Assembly (NCBI GenBank): GCA_036149055.1 | Contig: JAYZQJ010000248.1 | Coordinates: 1-64,000 of the forward strand | DNA from: Myxococcota bacterium | GTDB taxonomy: Bacteria; Myxococcota_A; Polyangia; Polyangiales; Sandaracinaceae | Length of the DNA: 64,000 nt | Direction: 5' to 3' | Part shown: positions 20,094 through 31,834 of the stretch, piece after piece | Position numbering within the stretch: position 1 is the first letter of the stretch | Layout of the letters: the number at the start of each line of letters is the position of its first letter | Program-made: the position numbers and the translations under genes | Notes under the pieces: model-generated | The model's database searches: none | What the model was told of the DNA's origin: nothing | The model's input: only the letters and a program-made list of their open reading frames with translations

Positions 20094-20870
20094 ATGCGCT
20101 GCGGCACGTGCGGCTTCGAGGGCGCCGGCGAGGAGGTCGTCACGGGCATGCAGGTGTGCCCGTCGTGCGGCGCGCTCGCCGCGGAGGGGATCGACGCGGT
20201 CTTCGATCGCACAATCTTTCGACGCGCGCGGCGCCTGGTCGGCCGGCTCCCCGATCGCGTCTCGCCCGGGCTCTTCGACGCCGCCGATCGACCGCTGGCG
20301 CGCGGGATGCGGACCACCCGCGGCGCGCGCATGGCCCTCGCGTGGATCGCCGGCGCGGTGACGCTGACCGCCCTGCTCCTGCTCTGGCCGCTCGCGGGCG
20401 GAGGGGCGCTCTTGGAGTACGTGCTCGCGCCGCTGATGCTCTGGGCCTCGCTCGCGGTGGTGGCCTGGCTGCGGCCCTGCCCGACCCTCGTGCTCTTCTC
20501 CACCGAAGGCGAGCCGCGGGCGCTGCTGCGGGTGGTGTCCGAGGGGCGCCGCGGCTTCCGCTCGCGCCTGCGGGTGGAGGGCCCCGAGGGCGCCGCGCTC
20601 GGCACGCTCACCCTCGACCGCCTGCGCGAGCAGGTCTTCGCGCTCTCCGGCCGGCCCTGGCTCCGCATCGAGCCCAGCGTGGGCGCCCCGATCGAGGTCC
20701 GGCGGGCGTCGAGCTGGCGCCCCGGCTGGATCTTCGAGCGGGGAGGCGAGGCGATCGCCAGCTACGGCCTGAACCCGGGCGCCGCCGGGCGCGACGAGCT
20801 CGAGCTGCCCGATCCCGACGCGGTGGATCCGCGCCTGCTCGTCGCGGCCACGCTGATCGCGCGGCCCTGA
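20094..20870 (+). CDS. Hypothetical membrane protein with N-terminal zinc ribbon
   Basis: CGTC...CPSC, two TM segments, beta-rich C-terminal region. Confidence 0.6.
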   Translation: MRCGTCGFEGAGEEVVTGMQVCPSCGALAAEGIDAVFDRTIFRRARRLVGRLPDRVSPGLFDAADRPLARGMRTTRGARMALAWIAGAVTLTALLLLWPLAGGGALLEYVLAPLMLWASLAVVAWLRPCPTLVLFSTEGEPRALLRVVSEGRRGFRSRLRVEGPEGAALGTLTLDRLREQVFALSGRPWLRIEPSVGAPIEVRRASSWRPGWIFERGGEAIASYGLNPGAAGRDELELPDPDAVDPRLLVAATLIARP

Positions 20871-20873
20871 AGC

Positions 20874-21545
20874 TCACACGAGGATCTTGCGCGCCTCCTC
20901 GGCGAACTTCTCCTCGTCCTCTTCCATCAGCTCGACCTTCCTCGGCACGGCGAGGCCGCGCTGCACCGCGGGGCGCCAGCGGATCTTGTCGAGCCACGCC
21001 TTCAGGTGCGGCAAGCCCTCGACGCTGACGCCGCTCCAGCTGTAGGTGTGCGCCCACGCGTAGTTGGCGATGTCGGCGATCGAGTAGTCGCCCGCGAGCC
21101 ACTCGTGCTCGGCCAGCTGCCCGTCGAGCACCTCGAGCAGGCGGCGGCTCTCGCGCTGGTAGCGCTCGATCGCGTACGGGATCTTCTCCGGCGTGTAGCG
21201 GAAGAAGACGTTGGCCTGGCCCATCATGGGGCCGACGCCGCCCATCTGGAACATCAGCCACTGGACCACGCGGGAGCGCGCCTTCGCCTCGGTGGGGAGC
21301 AGGCGGCCGGTCTTCTCGGCGAGGTACATCATCACCGCGCCCGACTCGAAGACCGCGAAGTCGTCGTCGTCGTGATCGACGATCGCCGGGATGCGGCCGT
21401 TCGGGTTGATGGCGAGGTAGCCGGGCTCCTTCTGCTCGCCCTTCATCAGGTCGATGGCGTGGACCTCGTAGGGCAGCCCCAGCTCCTCGAGCGTGATCGA
21501 GGCCTTCCACCCGTTGGGCGTGGGCGAGGTGTAGAGGCTGATCAT
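20874..21545 (-). CDS. Glutathione S-transferase (YfcG/YghU-like)
   Basis: [42 protein letters not shown]. Confidence 0.95.
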   Translation of the reverse strand: MISLYTSPTPNGWKASITLEELGLPYEVHAIDLMKGEQKEPGYLAINPNGRIPAIVDHDDDDFAVFESGAVMMYLAEKTGRLLPTEAKARSRVVQWLMFQMGGVGPMMGQANVFFRYTPEKIPYAIERYQRESRRLLEVLDGQLAEHEWLAGDYSIADIANYAWAHTYSWSGVSVEGLPHLKAWLDKIRWRPAVQRGLAVPRKVELMEEDEEKFAEEARKILV

Positions 21546-21588
21546 GCTGCGAGCCTGCGTGCTCGCGCGCGCCCCGACAAGGGGGGCT

Positions 21589-22185
21589 TCACCGGACCGC
21601 CTGCTCCACCAGCGCCTTCTCGACCAGCGCCCTCGCGCTCGGCTCGAGCTCGAGCGCGAGCGCCAGCTCCCGGCCCCGCGGGCTCATCTTCGCCCAGGTC
21701 TTGCGGAGGATCTCGATCAGGTCGTCCTCGTCCTTGCCCTCCGCGAACTCCGCGAGCTGGGTCTCGAGGAACACGAGGCACGCCGCGTCCTCGAGCGCCT
21801 GCGCGTCGGGGTCGCTCTTCAGCTGCTTCTTCATCACGAGCCCGCGCACCCGCTCGATCGCGTCGGCCTCGTAGCCGGCCTCGGCCATCGCCTCCGCCGC
21901 GCGCCGGGCGTGGCGCTTCTTCTGCTCGGTGCGCCAGGCGTGATACCCGGCCTTGCCCTTCGGGTACTCCTCACGGGGGAGGGTCCAGCGCATGAGGTGC
22001 TGGGCGCGCACCGCGATCTTGAGGGCCTCGTCGGCGTCGGGCTTGAGCGCGTCGAGGGCGGCGCTCATGCGCTCGGCGTAGGCCAGCTCCGCGGGCATGG
22101 CCTCGTGGTGGGCGAGCTCGTGCTCCGGATCTTGCGCGTGCATGGCGTCGATCGCCGCGATCGCGCGCTGGTAGCGGCCTTCCAT
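21589..22185 (-). CDS. DUF4202 family protein
   Basis: [55 protein letters not shown]. Confidence 0.85.
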   Translation of the reverse strand: MEGRYQRAIAAIDAMHAQDPEHELAHHEAMPAELAYAERMSAALDALKPDADEALKIAVRAQHLMRWTLPREEYPKGKAGYHAWRTEQKKRHARRAAEAMAEAGYEADAIERVRGLVMKKQLKSDPDAQALEDAACLVFLETQLAEFAEGKDEDDLIEILRKTWAKMSPRGRELALALELEPSARALVEKALVEQAVR

Positions 22186-22245
22186 CACGATCGCCATATA
22201 GGTCCCGCTCGCGCGCGGCCACCCCACGTGTCAAGAACGCAGCGG

Positions 22246-22842
22246 GTGGAGGAGCCGGAGCACGAGACGGTGGCCATCGACGCGCCGCGTCCGCGCCGAC
22301 AGCGCTGGCGTACGTGGCTCCTCGTCCTGTTCTTCGTCGGCACCCTGGCGGCGGCCAAGGCGACCGGGCTCGACGAGCACATCTCCGTCGAGGTGGTGCG
22401 CGACTGGATGCAGTCGATGGGCGTCTGGGGCTTCGTCGCCTTCCTCGGAGTCTTCGCGGCCGGCGAGCTGATGCACGTGCCCGGCATGGTCTTCGTCAGC
22501 GCGGCCTCCATCGCCTACGGCCAGGCGTGGGGCGTGCCGGCGGCCTACTTCGGCTCCCTGGTGAGCGTCGGCATCAGCTTCCTCGTCGTGCGCGGCATCG
22601 GCGGCCAGCCCCTCGGCGACGTGCGCAAGCCCTGGATGAAGAAGATCCTGGCCCGCCTCACCGACCGCCCCGTCACCACCGTCGCCCTGCTCCGCCTCGT
22701 CCTCTTCCTCACCCCGGCGCTCAACTACGCCCTGGCGATGAGCTCGATCCGCTTCCGCGACTACATGCTCGGCTCCGCCCTCGGCCTCCTGCTCCCGATC
22801 CCGGTCATGGTCCTCGTCATCGACTGGATCGCGACCTGGTAG
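22246..22842 (+). CDS. TVP38/TMEM64 (VTT/DedA) family membrane protein
   Basis: Hydrophobic; LLRLVLFL, LNYALAMSSIRFRDYMLGSALGLL. Confidence 0.85.
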   Translation: MEEPEHETVAIDAPRPRRQRWRTWLLVLFFVGTLAAAKATGLDEHISVEVVRDWMQSMGVWGFVAFLGVFAAGELMHVPGMVFVSAASIAYGQAWGVPAAYFGSLVSVGISFLVVRGIGGQPLGDVRKPWMKKILARLTDRPVTTVALLRLVLFLTPALNYALAMSSIRFRDYMLGSALGLLLPIPVMVLVIDWIATW

Positions 22843-22904
22843 GGGGGGACGGAGTGAACTTGTGAACCTACGTAGGCAATTCACCTACAGCGGGCTCACC
22901 CGCC

Positions 22905-24389
<1,485 letters not shown>

Positions 24390-24506
24390 CGCGATGAGTG
24401 TTCGACGCGCCAGGCGCCTCGAAGTTACGCGCGACGACGCTCGGCGGATCGGATCGCGATCGAGACGAGCCATCAAGGCCAGGGTGTTACCGCCGTACCA
24501 CCGACC

Positions 24507-26591
24507 ATGACCGAGCTCGATCCCCACGCGATCCTCGAGGCCTCGGCGTGCGTGCACGTGGTGTGGGAGCGCGACCGGCCCTGGACCGCCGCCGCCGTCA
24601 TGGGCGACACGCGAGGTCTCCTCGGCGTGGCCGCCGAGTCGCTCGAGGGCGACGCGATCTCGACCCTGGTCGCGCCGGAGGACCGTGCGCGCCTCGACGC
24701 GGCCCGCGCCGACGGTGGGTGCGGGCTCGCCGCCGCGAAGGTCACGCGCCCGGACGGAGCCGTGCGCTGGGTCGGCATGCGCGAGCGCGAGACGGCGGCC
24801 GGACAGCGCGTGGCGGCGTGGTGGGACGTCACCGCGCACGTCGAGGCCGAGCGGGCCGCCGAGGTCCGGCGCGAGCGATTCGAGATGGTGCTGGAGGGCA
24901 CCCGCCTCGGCATGTGGGACTGGAACCCGCAGACCAACGACGTGGTCTTCGACGAGCGCTGGGCGCAGATGTTGGGCCACACGCTCGCCGAGGTGCCCTT
25001 CGAGCTCGAGTCGTGGAAGAGCCGGGTCCACCCCGACGATCTCGACGCCTGCTACGCCGACCTCGGGCGCCACATGAGCGGCGAGGTGGACTTCTACGAG
25101 AACGTGCACCGGATGCGTCACGCCGACGGCCACTGGGTGCACATCCTCGACCGCGGCAAGATCATGGAGCGCGACGCGGACGGAAACCCGACGCGCTTCA
25201 CCGGCACCCACACCGACATCACCGCCCAGCGCGAGGCCGAGCTCGCGGCGGAGGCGGCGAACCGCGCCAAGAGCGTGTTCCTCGCGAACATGTCGCACGA
25301 GATCCGGACGCCGATGAACGCGATCCTGGGCTACACCCAGCTGCTCGAGCGGAACCCGGCGCCGGCGGAGCGCGACCGCTTCCTGCGGGTGGTGCGCAAG
25401 AGCGGCGAGCACCTGATGTCGCTCATCGATCAGGTCCTGGCGATGTCGAAGATCGAGGCCGATCGCGTCGAGCTCACCGTGGAGCCCACCGCGCTGCACG
25501 AGCTGGTGAGCGACGTGGCGATGATGTTCGAGAGGCGCGCGAGCGACGCGGAGATCACCTTCGAGGTGGAGGGCGTCGAGGCGCTGCCGCGGCACGTGGA
25601 CGCCGACGCCGGGAAGATCCGCCAGGTCCTCATCAACCTGCTCAGCAACGCGTTCAAGTTCACCCGCGGGGGGCGCGTCACGCTCTGCGCCAGCGCCGAG
25701 GGAGCGCGGCTCTCGTTCGAGGTGCGGGACGACGGCGTGGGCATCGCCTCGGCGGACCAGGAGCGGATCTTCCAGCCCTTCGAGCAGACCGAGGCCGGCG
25801 CCGCGGTGGGTGGCACCGGGCTCGGCATGCCGATCAGCCGCTCGTTCGCGCGCATGATGGGCGGCGATCTCACCGTGGAGAGTCGCGAGGGCGAAGGGGC
25901 CCGCTTCCTGTTCACGCTGGAGACGACCGCCCGCGAGCCGTCGAGCAGCCTCCGTCCGGCGGCCCGCCGCGTCGTGCGCGCGGTGAGCGACGCCCCGCGG
26001 GTCCTGGTGGTGGACGACCGCGAGACGAACCGCGACCTCGTCTGCACGCTCCTGGCCGCGGTCGGGGTGGAGACCAAGGAGGCCGCCAACGGGCGCGCCG
26101 GGGTGGAGGCCGCCCTCCGCTGGCGCCCCGACCTCGTGCTGATGGACTTCCAGATGCCGCTGATGGATGGGATCGAGGCCACCCGCGCGCTGCTGCGCGA
26201 GGAGGCGACCGCCTCCATCCCGGTGGTGATGCTCTCGGCCAGCGCCCTGTCGCACCAACGCGACGCCGCGCTGGCGGCGGGGGCGGCGGCGTTCCTGCGA
26301 AAGCCCTTCCGTGAGAGCGAGCTCTTCGCGCTCATGGAGGAGCTGACCGACGTGCGCTGGGCCTACGAGGACCACGCCCCGGCGACGGCGACGTGCGCCG
26401 GGGGGGAGGCCGTCCCCGACGACCTGCGCGCGGCCATCGTGGAGGCGACCGAGGACGGCGACGCGGCGAGGCTCCACGCGATCGTGGATCAGCTGGGCGG
26501 CCCTCACCCGGCGCTCGCCGCCCGGCTCTCGGAGCTCGCCGGCTCGTACTCCTACGAGGCGATCCTGGAATGGATGAGCGAGACGGCGTGA
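24507..26591 (+). CDS. PAS-domain hybrid sensor histidine kinase
   Basis: GMWDWN and VHPDD PAS; FLANMSHEIRTPMN; NLLSNAFKFT; GGTGLG; receiver MDFQMP. Confidence 0.93.
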   Translation: MTELDPHAILEASACVHVVWERDRPWTAAAVMGDTRGLLGVAAESLEGDAISTLVAPEDRARLDAARADGGCGLAAAKVTRPDGAVRWVGMRERETAAGQRVAAWWDVTAHVEAERAAEVRRERFEMVLEGTRLGMWDWNPQTNDVVFDERWAQMLGHTLAEVPFELESWKSRVHPDDLDACYADLGRHMSGEVDFYENVHRMRHADGHWVHILDRGKIMERDADGNPTRFTGTHTDITAQREAELAAEAANRAKSVFLANMSHEIRTPMNAILGYTQLLERNPAPAERDRFLRVVRKSGEHLMSLIDQVLAMSKIEADRVELTVEPTALHELVSDVAMMFERRASDAEITFEVEGVEALPRHVDADAGKIRQVLINLLSNAFKFTRGGRVTLCASAEGARLSFEVRDDGVGIASADQERIFQPFEQTEAGAAVGGTGLGMPISRSFARMMGGDLTVESREGEGARFLFTLETTAREPSSSLRPAARRVVRAVSDAPRVLVVDDRETNRDLVCTLLAAVGVETKEAANGRAGVEAALRWRPDLVLMDFQMPLMDGIEATRALLREEATASIPVVMLSASALSHQRDAALAAGAAAFLRKPFRESELFALMEELTDVRWAYEDHAPATATCAGGEAVPDDLRAAIVEATEDGDAARLHAIVDQLGGPHPALAARLSELAGSYSYEAILEWMSETA

Positions 26592-27676
26592 CGCCCCCGC
26601 GGCTCGCGGTGGTGGACGACAACCCGCACAACCTCCGGCTCCTCCAGGAGGAGCTGGAGTCGCGGGGCTATCGGGTGCTCTGCTTCCCGCGCGCCGAGAT
26701 GGCGCTGCGCGCGGCCGAGCGGAGACCCCCGGACCTCTTCCTGCTGGACGTGCAGATGCCGGGCATGGACGGCTACGCGCTCTGCGAGGCGCTCAAGCGG
26801 AGACCGGCGCTCGCCGACGTCCCCGTGATCTTCGCGAGCGCGAAGGTGGAGCCCGAAGACAAGCTGCGCGGCTTCGAAGCCGGCGCCGTGGACTACGTGA
26901 CCAAGCCGCTGCAGATGGCCGAGGTCCACGCGCGTGTCGCCGCGCACGTCAAGCTGCACAGGCAGCGCCAGCTCCTCGAGACCCAGAAGCAGGCCCTCGA
27001 AGAGGCGCAGAGGTTTCGCGCCGAGGTCGAGGCGATCACCCAGCACGACCTGAAGTCGCCCCTGACGGCCATCATCGGCTTCGCGCGGCTGCTGACCCGA
27101 CCCGGATCGTCGCTCGGCGAGCGAGACCGCGAGCTCGCGACTCGGATCGCCAGGGCGGGCGTGCGCATGCAGGCGATCGTGAACACCACCCTCGACACCT
27201 TTCGGATGGAGCAAGGGCTGTACGTCCCGGAGGCCACCCTCGTGAACCTGACGGCGCTGGCCCAGGAGGTCGCCGCCGAGGCGCGCGCGCTTCGCGAGGG
27301 CGTCGCGGTGGAGCTGACCGGCCCCGGGACGCCGGTCCAGGTCCTGGGCGACGAGCGGCTCGTGTGGACCATCCTCGCGAACCTGGCCAAGAACGCGGTG
27401 GAGGCCTCACCTCCGGGAGCGGTCGTGACGCTGGAGGTCGACCCGGCGGGCTCGCTCGCGGTGCGGAACCGGGGCGAGGTGCCCGCGAGCGTCATCGACC
27501 GATTCTTCGAGAAGCACGTCACCGCCGGCAAGGTCGACGGCACCGGGCTGGGCACCTACACGGTGAGGCTGGCGGCCGAGCTCCTCGGGGCGGCGGTGTC
27601 GCTGGACGCGTCGGAGCCGGGTCACACCTCGATCGAGGTCACGTTTCCGGCACCGACCATCGCCCGGACGGGCTGA
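26588..27676 (+). CDS. Receiver-histidine kinase hybrid (REC-HisKA-HATPase)
   Basis: VVDD, LDVQMPGMDG, DYVTKP, HDLKSPL, NLAKNAVEA, GTGLGTY; GTGA overlap with the upstream gene. Confidence 0.9.
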   Translation: MTPPRLAVVDDNPHNLRLLQEELESRGYRVLCFPRAEMALRAAERRPPDLFLLDVQMPGMDGYALCEALKRRPALADVPVIFASAKVEPEDKLRGFEAGAVDYVTKPLQMAEVHARVAAHVKLHRQRQLLETQKQALEEAQRFRAEVEAITQHDLKSPLTAIIGFARLLTRPGSSLGERDRELATRIARAGVRMQAIVNTTLDTFRMEQGLYVPEATLVNLTALAQEVAAEARALREGVAVELTGPGTPVQVLGDERLVWTILANLAKNAVEASPPGAVVTLEVDPAGSLAVRNRGEVPASVIDRFFEKHVTAGKVDGTGLGTYTVRLAAELLGAAVSLDASEPGHTSIEVTFPAPTIARTG

Positions 27677-27710
27677 CGTCTCGGCCCCACCCGTGCGACG
27701 CTGTGCGGGC

Positions 27711-28763
27711 ATGGTCACGGTCGCACTCGACGCGATGGGCTCGGACCTGGGCCCGAAGGTCACGGTCGCGGGGGCCGCCCGGGCGAGCCTCGGCGCCGGC
27801 GCGCCGGACGTCCTCCTGGTCGGCGACGAGGCGGTGCTCCGCCGGCTGCTGCTCGTGCACGAGCACGACCGCGAGAAGATCGCGATCCTGCACGCGCCCA
27901 CCCAGGTCGCGCAGGACGACAAGCCGCGCGACGCGCTCGACGGAGCGCCCGACTGCTCGATCCTGCGGGCGGCGGAGGCGGTGCGGGACGGACACGCCGA
28001 CGTGCTGGTGAGCGCGGGGAACACCGGCGCGGTCACCCTCGCCTGCGCGCGCACCTTCGGCCGGCTCCCCGGGGTGGCCCGCTGCGCCCTCGGCGCGGTC
28101 TATCCCACCGAGCGGCGGCGCGGCGAGAAGGACGATCCCTTCAGCCTGATCCTCGACGCGGGGCTGACCCTCGAGGTGGACGCCCAGGACCTGGTGGTGT
28201 TCGCGGTGATGGGCTCGGCCTACGCGTCGCGCATCTCGCGCAACCCCAACCCGAAGGTCGCACTGCTCTCGAACGGGAGCGAGCCGACCAAGGGCACCGG
28301 CGCGGTGGTGGAGGCGAACCGTCGCCTGAGCGAGGTCCGCTGCCTGGAGTTCATCGGCAACATCGAGGGCATGGACATCCCGAAGGGCACCGCCGACGTG
28401 GTCGTGACCGGCGGCTTCACCGGCAACATCGTGCTCAAGATGCTCGAGGGGGTGGCCGAGACGGTGATGCGCCTCGGGCGCTACGCGGGCGACACCTCCC
28501 TCCGCTACAAGGCCGGCCTCGGGCTGCTCGCGCCCGCGGTGAAGAAGCTCCGCCGCGCGACCGACTGGGAGCAGTACGGCGGCGCGCCGATCCTCGGCTT
28601 CGATCACCTCTGCATCAAGGCCCACGGCCGCAGCACCGAGCGCGCGATCGGCAACGCGATCAAGGTCGCGACCCGGGCGGCGCGCACGGAGATGGTGCGG
28701 GCGATGCGGGAGAGCCTCGAGGAGCTCGCCGAGCCCTCCCCCTCGTCACACGCGACCCGCTGA
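27711..28763 (+). CDS. plsX: Phosphate acyltransferase PlsX
   Basis: VALDAMGSD, VSAGNTGA, LLSNGSEPTKG, FIGNIEG, GFTGNIVLK, YGGAPILG, KAHGRS. Confidence 0.92.
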   Translation: MVTVALDAMGSDLGPKVTVAGAARASLGAGAPDVLLVGDEAVLRRLLLVHEHDREKIAILHAPTQVAQDDKPRDALDGAPDCSILRAAEAVRDGHADVLVSAGNTGAVTLACARTFGRLPGVARCALGAVYPTERRRGEKDDPFSLILDAGLTLEVDAQDLVVFAVMGSAYASRISRNPNPKVALLSNGSEPTKGTGAVVEANRRLSEVRCLEFIGNIEGMDIPKGTADVVVTGGFTGNIVLKMLEGVAETVMRLGRYAGDTSLRYKAGLGLLAPAVKKLRRATDWEQYGGAPILGFDHLCIKAHGRSTERAIGNAIKVATRAARTEMVRAMRESLEELAEPSPSSHATR

Positions 28764-28777
28764 TCTACCCTCGCCGC

Positions 28778-29140
28778 GTGACCGACGATCGCGAGGAGGA
28801 GGATCGAAAGGCGATCCTGGCGCGACGCTCGAAGCTGATCGCGCTCGCGCTCGGAGGGCTCACGTCGGCCACCGGCTGCTACGAGTCGCACGCGGTGGGC
28901 ATGGCGCCGACCCGGCCGGACGCCGAGGCGCCCCGACGGGACGCGGAGCCCGGACCCTGCCTCGGCGCGCCGATCGACGCCGGCCCGCGGCCCTGCCTGG
29001 ACGCGCCGATCGACGCCGGGCCGGGGCCTTGCTTGAGCGCCCCGATCGACGCCGGCCCCCCGCCCGAGGACGCGGCGGTCGCCGACGGCGGGGTCGCGCC
29101 CACGCCGTGTCTCACCATGCCGCCGCCGGATCCCGAGTGA
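28778..29140 (+). CDS. Small Pro/Cys-repeat peptide or lipoprotein
   Basis: ILARRSKLIALALGGL..ATGC leader; three 36-bp repeats encoding PCLxAPIDAGP and a fourth PCL. Confidence 0.75.
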   Translation: MTDDREEEDRKAILARRSKLIALALGGLTSATGCYESHAVGMAPTRPDAEAPRRDAEPGPCLGAPIDAGPRPCLDAPIDAGPGPCLSAPIDAGPPPEDAAVADGGVAPTPCLTMPPPDPE

Positions 29141-29751
29141 TCGTCCCGGGCAGCCCGTTCGAGCCAGACGACCCGATCGTGCACGACGAGGATCTCTCCA
29201 GCCTCTCGGCGGTGATCCCGGCGTCCTATCGGCTGCGCGGCATGTTCTTCTCGCGCCTCGCGGCCAAGCTCCCGGCCGAGGTCTGGGCGGGCTTCGCTCC
29301 GTCGCTCCGGGAGCCCCCCGACGGCGGCCGCTACGTCGCGTTCCAGAGCTACCCGTACGCCGACTACCACGAGCTCCTCCTCGCGGTGGGCGCGTCCCGA
29401 TACCCGACCCTGAGCGCCTGCGAGGGCCTCCGTCGCATCGGGCGCGACGACTTCGCCACCTACACCGAGTCGATGGTCGGCCGCGTCTCGCTCCGGCTGA
29501 TCCGCGACGCGCGCGCGGCGCTCCTCCGCCTCCCCGGCATCTACGAGGCGATGGCCTCGGGGGAGTGGAAGGTCGCGGCCCGCGAGGTGGACGACCGGAC
29601 GGTGCGCCTCGAGTTCGACGACTTCTTCGGCGCCTGGCCGTACCAGGTCGGTCAGATCGAGGAGATCGTGCGACGCCTCGGAGGCCGCTCGCGCATCGAG
29701 GTGCTCCGCCCCCACCTGCGCGCGCTGCGCCTCGACATCACGCACCGCTGA
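29137..29751 (+). CDS. DUF2378 family (Myxococcales-type) protein
   Basis: RGMFF, YVAFQSYP, LRRIGR, ESMVGR pattern; GTGA overlap with the upstream peptide. Confidence 0.75.
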   Translation: MIVPGSPFEPDDPIVHDEDLSSLSAVIPASYRLRGMFFSRLAAKLPAEVWAGFAPSLREPPDGGRYVAFQSYPYADYHELLLAVGASRYPTLSACEGLRRIGRDDFATYTESMVGRVSLRLIRDARAALLRLPGIYEAMASGEWKVAAREVDDRTVRLEFDDFFGAWPYQVGQIEEIVRRLGGRSRIEVLRPHLRALRLDITHR

Positions 29752-31834
29752 CGCGAGACGACAGGGCGACGCGGACCCGCAGCCCGCCGCCCTCGCGCGG
29801 GTGGACCGAGGCGCGCCCGCCGTGAGCCTCGGCCAGCTCGGCCACGAGGGAGAGGCCGATGCCGGTCCCGGGCGCGTGCGCGGTGTCCTCGCGCTCGACG
29901 CGGTGGAAGCGGTCGAAGACCTTGCGACGCTCGGCCTCGGGCACGCCGGGGCCCCGGTCGCGGACCTCGATCACCGGCCCCGCCTCCACCGCGACCTCGA
30001 TCGCGCGCTCGCCGGTCGCCGCGTACTTCACCGCGTTGTCGAGCAGGTTGATCACGATCTGCTCGACCGCCTGCCCGTCGAACTCGCAGGGCACCGCGCC
30101 CGGCCCGGGGCCCTCGAGGGTGAAGCCGCGCTCCTCGATCAGGTGCCGCTGCGCCTCCACGATCTCGCGGACGTGCGCGCGCAGATCCCCCGGAGACGGC
30201 GCGATGCCGCGGCGCCCCTCCTCGAGCTTCGAGAGGCTCAGCACGTTGTCGACCAGACGCGCCAAGCGGACGCTCTCGCGCACCAGCTCGCGGTGCACCT
30301 TGGGCCGGCGCGTCTCGTCCACCATGCCCTCGTCGAGCATCTCGGCGTGCATGCGGAGGGTGGTCAGCGGGGTCCGGAGCTCGTGGCTCACCGCCGAGAC
30401 GAAGGCGCTCTTCTGGCGGGAGAGGGCCTCGGCGCGTCGGGCGTAGACGGCGATGGCCGCGGCGGCGAGGAGCGCGATCAGCACCAGGAGCGCGAGGGCG
30501 CCGAGCTGCACGTGGAGCGCGTCTCCGTCCGAGGCCGCGGCGAGCTGCGCCGGCGCGAAGCAGAGCTCCAGGTCCGGCAGGGTCGCCGACGCGCGCTCCC
30601 GGAGCGCACAGGCGCCCTCCCCGGCGCGCACCACCGTCGGCGCGACCGAGGCCTCGACCCGGCGGGTCACCAGCCCCGGCAGCCAGGCGTCCCTCAGGTG
30701 GGCCTCGTCGAGCAGGACACCTTGCACGACCGCGGTCTCCTCGTGGGACACGAGCCGGTGCAGGACCCAGCTGTCGCCGAGCGCGCGGAAGGTCATCGGC
30801 GTGTAGACGACCTCGCCGGCGCGGCGCACGCGCTGCTCGAGGTCCCGACCGTCGGCGAGCTCCAGCCTCGCGTCGGCGCTGCGGTAGCCGAAGCGGACGG
30901 TGAGCGCGCCGCCGTCGGTGGCGGGGAAGCGCAGCGCCTCCAGCGCCCGCACCACGCACGCCGACTCGGGATCGCTGCTCGCGCGCAGCACCCGTCCGTC
31001 GGCCGCCACCCGGAGGCGCACCCGCACCGCCTCGGGGGTGCACGCCCGGACCGCCTCCTCGGCCCCCGCCAGGGTCGCCCGCACCCGCTCGCGCGAGAGC
31101 GGCCGCGACGCGCTCGGCCGGGGAGGCGCCGCCCGCTGTTGCACGGCCTCGTCCCAGGTGACGTTGCGCCGCGACATCGGGCCGACCTGTCGGCCGCGCT
31201 CGATCACCCGCTGGTTCGCCATCTCGTCGCCGCGCTGGGCCGCCAGGATGTCGCGCGCCTGGGAGCTGCCGTACCGATCCAGATCGGTCAGCTGGTTGTC
31301 CGGGTTCCGGACGATCTCGAGCGCGCCGCTCCCGGGGATCTCCGGCGCCGCGGCGACGCCGAGCGTGTCCGACGCCTCACCGCGGACCAGCGCGCGCAGG
31401 GGATCGAAGGCGTCGCCCCGCACGAGCCGGGCGACCTCGACGTGCAGGGGCGGGGGCGCGGCGTCGGGATCGGCCGCGTAGGGGGTCCGCACCCGCCCGT
31501 CGGGATCGATCTGGAAGTAGGCGCGCACCCGCGGATCGGCGCTCGGCCGGGCGCGCGGCGAGACGGCCACCGGGTCGGTGATCGCGAGCACGTCCGGCGG
31601 GCTGTAGAGGTGCTGGTACAGGTAGAAGGGCCGCTCGTCCTCGCGGCGGCGGAGCTCCTCGAGGCTCTCGTCGACCGCGCCCCGCACCGCGTCGGCGGCG
31701 CGCATCAGCCGCGCCCGCGCCTCGGCCCGCCGCACGTCGCGCTCGCGCAGGGTGGCGAAGAGCCAGCCGCCGGCGAGCGCCAGCGACGCGACGACCAACC
31801 CGATCGCGAGCGCGATGACCCGGCGGCTGCTCAC
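29738..31834 (-). CDS. Membrane sensor histidine kinase with large extracytoplasmic region
   Basis: Two TMs; VSHELRTPL, NLLDNAVKY, DRGPG, GTGIGL; GTG start overlaps the regulator stop. Confidence 0.9.
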   Translation of the reverse strand: MSSRRVIALAIGLVVASLALAGGWLFATLRERDVRRAEARARLMRAADAVRGAVDESLEELRRREDERPFYLYQHLYSPPDVLAITDPVAVSPRARPSADPRVRAYFQIDPDGRVRTPYAADPDAAPPPLHVEVARLVRGDAFDPLRALVRGEASDTLGVAAAPEIPGSGALEIVRNPDNQLTDLDRYGSSQARDILAAQRGDEMANQRVIERGRQVGPMSRRNVTWDEAVQQRAAPPRPSASRPLSRERVRATLAGAEEAVRACTPEAVRVRLRVAADGRVLRASSDPESACVVRALEALRFPATDGGALTVRFGYRSADARLELADGRDLEQRVRRAGEVVYTPMTFRALGDSWVLHRLVSHEETAVVQGVLLDEAHLRDAWLPGLVTRRVEASVAPTVVRAGEGACALRERASATLPDLELCFAPAQLAAASDGDALHVQLGALALLVLIALLAAAAIAVYARRAEALSRQKSAFVSAVSHELRTPLTTLRMHAEMLDEGMVDETRRPKVHRELVRESVRLARLVDNVLSLSKLEEGRRGIAPSPGDLRAHVREIVEAQRHLIEERGFTLEGPGPGAVPCEFDGQAVEQIVINLLDNAVKYAATGERAIEVAVEAGPVIEVRDRGPGVPEAERRKVFDRFHRVEREDTAHAPGTGIGLSLVAELAEAHGGRASVHPREGGGLRVRVALSSRVSGA

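Noticed and set aside
22843..22904. Short palindrome cctacgtagg and gtgaac duplication between convergent genes
   Set aside because: Too short and single-copy to distinguish from chance.
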